Below, in pieces: positions 60,671 through 64,000 of a stretch of DNA of 64,000 nucleotides (the first letter of the stretch is position 1; every line of letters begins with the position of its first letter). The position numbers and the translations under genes are program-made. The stretch spans positions 32,001 through 96,000 of the forward strand of contig CAVVNQ010000003.1 of assembly GCA_963749705.1 (NCBI GenBank), in the 5' to 3' direction. The stretch comes from an uncultured Chloroflexia bacterium (GTDB lineage Bacteria; Chloroflexota; Limnocylindria; Limnocylindrales; CSP1-4). A model generated the notes under the pieces. The model was not told the DNA's origin and made no database searches. It worked only from the letters and a program-made list of their open reading frames with translations.

Positions 60671-63271
60671 CTACGACAGCAGCTCGACGTACCCGTCGCT
60701 TCCGTGGACGCGGATCGGTTGGCCGTCCCGGATCAGTCGGGTGGCATTCACCACCCCCACGACGGCCGGCAACCCGTACTCCCGCGCGATCACCGCGCCG
60801 TGGGTCATCTGGCCGCCGACCTCCGTCACCAGCCCAGCGACCGAGATGAACAGGGGCGTCCAGCTCGGATCGGTGGACGTGGTGACCAGGATGTCGCCGG
60901 CTTCGAGGTCGGCGTCCGCCATGTCCAGGATGACGCGAGCCCGCCCCTCGACGGTCCCGGCGGAAACCGGCAGGCCGACGAGGGCACCGTCCGGCGCATC
61001 GTCGCGTGCGTAGGTTCCGGCGACGGACTCGCCGTCCGACGTGAGCACCCGCGGCGGGGTGAGCCCCTGGTGCGCCTTGAACTGGTCCCGGCGCTGGCGG
61101 ATCAGCTCGTGATCCACGTGGCCCGTACGGACCACGTCGTGGAGCTCCTCGAACCTGAGGTAGAAGATGTCCTCCCGGTCACCGAGCACGCGGGCCGCCA
61201 CCAGTCGCTCGGCTTCCTCCAGCAGCGCCAGCTTGTACACGAAGTAGCGGCTCACCATGCCGTACTTCGGATACTCCCGGTACCCGATGAATGTCCGGAC
61301 CCGATCGATCATGTGCTTCGTCTCGACGGCCTTCGCCGCCCCGTCCGGCAGGGCGCGCAGTCGTTCCAGCAGCTCCCGTTCCCTCTCCCGCGCCTCCTGC
61401 CGACCACGCTCGAAGCGCCGCTCGGCGGCGCCCGGCTCGAAGCTCCGGACGTTGCCCAGGATCAGGGGCAGCAGCATGGACGGGCGTTCGCTCCAGCGCG
61501 GCCTCGTGATGTCGATCTCGCCGACGCAGCGCATCCCATACGCGTCGAGCCAGGCCCGGATGGCGTCGCTCGCCTCCGACCCGCCCGCGAGCGCGGGCAG
61601 CTCGTCCAGGAAGCCCTCGTCCCGGGGATCGACGGCCCGCAGGAATGCCACCACGTCCGGGTGTGGGCGGATCGCGTCCGCGACATCGAGGAGCGCGAGC
61701 CCCATCTCCGAGGTGACGTTGTGGGGCACGGACTGCGTGAGCGTGTCGGCCGCGTTCCTCTCGCCCAGCCACGCCTTCAGGTGATCGTCGAGCCACCAGC
61801 TGGCCTCGATCGCCGACATGAACACCCGGTGGCCGAGCGGATCGAACAGGATCCGCCGCAGCTCCTCGAGGTCCGCCAGGATGAAGTCGAGCAGCGCCGC
61901 GCCGGACCTCGTCCGGATGTCGCGCTTGAGGGCGGCGATGGACGCCTCCGTGCGCCCGATCAGCCCTTCCACGATGGCCGGATCGGCGTCGATCGGGCTG
62001 CCTCCAGCGCCCGGTGGCACCCACGCGGGACCCTCGTCGGGGAGCGGCCGGACGAAGTCGCCACGAGCCAGGACGGTCTCGATGGCGGACCGCATCAGCG
62101 GATCCGACCTCGCCATCTGGTCGAGGAAGGCCGTGCGGCTGGCCGGCGCCGCGAGGATGCGGGTCACGTCCACGAACAGCCTGCCGCCGGCCTCGGCCAT
62201 CGGCCGACGGGTCGTCAGCTGCCACAGCGACAGCCCCAGCGGCTTCATGGCGTCGGTCATCATCTGCTGGTGACCGACGGACACGTAGACGTGGTTCTCC
62301 CGGTCGCCGGCGGCGGGGATGGGGAACAGGGTGGTGATCGGCCGGCTCTGGACGATCCGGACGTCGTCGTCCACCAGGCACCACTCGATGTCCTGGGGGC
62401 GGCCGAAGTGCGCCTCGATCCGCCGCCCCAGCTGCACGAGTCGCACCACCTGTCCGTCGGTCAGGGCGGGATCCTGCTGCCGCTCCGGCTCGATCGCCTG
62501 TCGCCGCGTGCCGCCGGTCGGCGAGGCCACCACGGCAACCTGCTTCCTCCCGATGTCCCGTTGGATGACCTCGGCGTCCCGCACCGAGTAGCTGTCCGCG
62601 TTCACCAGGCCGGAGACCAGGGCCTCGCCGAGCCCGAAGCTTGCCTCCACGCGGGCGACGCTCCGGTTGCCGGTCACGGGGTCGGCCGTGAACAGGATTC
62701 CGGCAACCTGCGGAAAGACCATCTGCTGCACGACCACGGCCATGCTGACCTTGCGGTGGTCGATCTCGCTGCGCACGCGATAGGTCACGGCCCGTTCGGT
62801 GAACAGCGACGCCCAGCAGCGCCTGACGTGGGCGAGGATGTCGGCCGGGCCTACGACGTTCAGGTACGTGTCCTGCTGCCCGGCGAACGATGCCGTCGGA
62901 AGGTCCTCGGCCGTCGCGCTGGACCGGACGGCGAACGCCGCCCCGTCGCCGTATCGCCGGATCTCGTCCGTGATCTCGGCCGCGAGATCGACGGGCATGG
63001 TGGCGTGCTCGAGGATCCCGCGGATCTGCGCGCTGAGTGCACGGATCGACGCCTCGTCACGCAGATGAACACGAGACAATCGCTCGAGTGGCTCCTCGAT
63101 CGACGTCGCGCCCGCCGTCACCTCGCTGAAGGCCGTCGTCGTGATGCAGAAGCCGGCCGGCACGCGGACGCCGTCGATCCGGGCGAGCTCGCCCAGCGAC
63201 GCGCCCTTGCCCCCGACGACCGCGGCCTGCGACGCCCCCGTCTCGTCGATCCCCAGTACGTACTGACGCAT
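60671..63271 (-). CDS. rph: Rifamycin-inactivating phosphotransferase
   Basis: N-terminal ATP-grasp (VGGKG, AVRSSA.AED, SFAGQ, QDIEW, QSRPIT), central rifampin-binding domain (YVSVGHQQMMTD) and C-terminal His domain (THGAVIAREYG). Confidence 0.9.
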   Translation of the reverse strand: MRQYVLGIDETGASQAAVVGGKGASLGELARIDGVRVPAGFCITTTAFSEVTAGATSIEEPLERLSRVHLRDEASIRALSAQIRGILEHATMPVDLAAEITDEIRRYGDGAAFAVRSSATAEDLPTASFAGQQDTYLNVVGPADILAHVRRCWASLFTERAVTYRVRSEIDHRKVSMAVVVQQMVFPQVAGILFTADPVTGNRSVARVEASFGLGEALVSGLVNADSYSVRDAEVIQRDIGRKQVAVVASPTGGTRRQAIEPERQQDPALTDGQVVRLVQLGRRIEAHFGRPQDIEWCLVDDDVRIVQSRPITTLFPIPAAGDRENHVYVSVGHQQMMTDAMKPLGLSLWQLTTRRPMAEAGGRLFVDVTRILAAPASRTAFLDQMARSDPLMRSAIETVLARGDFVRPLPDEGPAWVPPGAGGSPIDADPAIVEGLIGRTEASIAALKRDIRTRSGAALLDFILADLEELRRILFDPLGHRVFMSAIEASWWLDDHLKAWLGERNAADTLTQSVPHNVTSEMGLALLDVADAIRPHPDVVAFLRAVDPRDEGFLDELPALAGGSEASDAIRAWLDAYGMRCVGEIDITRPRWSERPSMLLPLILGNVRSFEPGAAERRFERGRQEARERERELLERLRALPDGAAKAVETKHMIDRVRTFIGYREYPKYGMVSRYFVYKLALLEEAERLVAARVLGDREDIFYLRFEELHDVVRTGHVDHELIRQRRDQFKAHQGLTPPRVLTSDGESVAGTYARDDAPDGALVGLPVSAGTVEGRARVILDMADADLEAGDILVTTSTDPSWTPLFISVAGLVTEVGGQMTHGAVIAREYGLPAVVGVVNATRLIRDGQPIRVHGSDGYVELLS

Positions 63272-63489
63272 CGGCTACTCCCCTTCAGCGACCGGGCGGG
63301 TGGAGTCACAACCGTGGACCGTCGACCGGCTGGCCGCGGACGGCTACGGGCTGGTCGTGGCATCGGTCAGCACGAGCACGTCTGGCGCACGGCGTACGTG
63401 CGCGGGCCGGAGCGATCATCGTCGCCCTGGCCCAGCGGATCGACTGATCCTCGCTTGTCGAAGCCGAAGGCAAGCGTATCCTGCGCCGG

Positions 63490-64000
63490 ATGAGTCGGAT
63501 TCGGACGCTCCTCGAGACCGCGCTCGCGCGCCTGGCCGGCATCGGCGCCGACAGCCGCGACGACAACGACACGCGCGACCGCAAGTCGCTCCTCGTGCTC
63601 GTCTCGGTGCTGATCCTCCCGGTGTCGCTGGTGTGGGCGACCCTCTACCTCGCGCTGGGAGCGGCGTCCGGCGTGCTCGCCTTCGCCTATTTCGCCATCT
63701 CGGTGGGCGCGATCGTGGTCTTCGCTCGAACGCGAGACTTCGCGCAGCTCCTGCGAGTCGAGCTCCTCGACATCCTGCTCGCGCCAAACGTGTCGATGAT
63801 CTTCCTCGGCGGCTTCGTCACCTCCACGGGGGTCGGCGTGTGGGGCATCCTGGCCCCGATGGGCGCCCTCGTGTTTGCCGGCGTACGAGCTGGCATCCGG
63901 TGGTACATCGCATTCCTCGCCGTGTTCCTCGCGTGCGGCGGCGCCGGCGAGGTCCTGGGCACCGTCTCGCCGCTGCCGGGATGGTTCACCACCCTCATGC
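63490..64000 (+). CDS. Membrane protein, 5' part only (N-terminus resembles membrane adenylate/guanylate cyclases)
   Basis: Open frame from MSRIRTLL with IGAD..D....R.RK..L and LGGF..S.G...W..L.P..AL; runs off the window; -10 TATCCT 7 nt upstream. Confidence 0.65.
   Translation, partial: MSRIRTLLETALARLAGIGADSRDDNDTRDRKSLLVLVSVLILPVSLVWATLYLALGAASGVLAFAYFAISVGAIVVFARTRDFAQLLRVELLDILLAPNVSMIFLGGFVTSTGVGVWGILAPMGALVFAGVRAGIRWYIAFLAVFLACGGAGEVLGTVSPLPGWFTTLM

Noticed and set aside
63452-63476. Palindrome upstream of rph as a rifamycin-associated element
   Set aside because: The spacing does not fit the compact RAE core, and it overlaps the -35/-10 of the divergent gene.
60647-63493. Very long alternative-frame or antisense ORFs (948 aa here; also 4913-7483, 31349-33895, 82-2187)
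   Set aside because: These are shadow ORFs of real genes, caused by stop-codon scarcity in high-GC DNA. They are Arg/Pro/Gly-rich and carry no motifs.

Overview
This is a very GC-rich bacterial chromosomal window. Gene order and protein style suggest a monoderm, probably Chloroflexota (Limnocylindria/Ellin6529-like); this is inference only. 1-11.8 kb is core housekeeping on the minus strand: DUF1385-prfA-prmC-HAD-tsaC-glyA-wecA-like, then atpZ-B-E-F-H-A. 11.9-20 kb is an accessory block with an Rrf2 regulator, two tandem DUF3494 ice-binding-like proteins, an atypical OmpR regulator, and a Cu nitrite reductase with a divergent membrane partner. 20-33 kb holds a CoA-transferase, YbaK, CcdA/redoxin, a PIG-L deacetylase, CapA, tRNA-Asp, an ltaE/HisA-like/two-cyclophilin cluster, an unannotated structured RNA candidate (about 30230-30405), MITE-like inverted-repeat elements and an acetoacetate-CoA ligase. 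33-40.5 kb is an orphan sensor kinase surrounded by four promoters that share a precisely spaced tripartite motif; these drive two ABC systems, a lipoprotein and a 58-aa small protein. From tRNA-Arg(CCG) at 40605 onward the DNA is accessory: a Fic/methyltransferase islet bounded by a degenerate tRNA 3' repeat, then VOC/SDR/ECF/AzoR/PadR/TetR/FAD-monooxygenase genes and a rifampin phosphotransferase (rph). Three genes carry single-base frameshifts in short G/C runs, probably assembly errors. No CRISPR array, rRNA, intact transposase or integrase was seen. All calls come from motif recognition by eye; no database searches were run.
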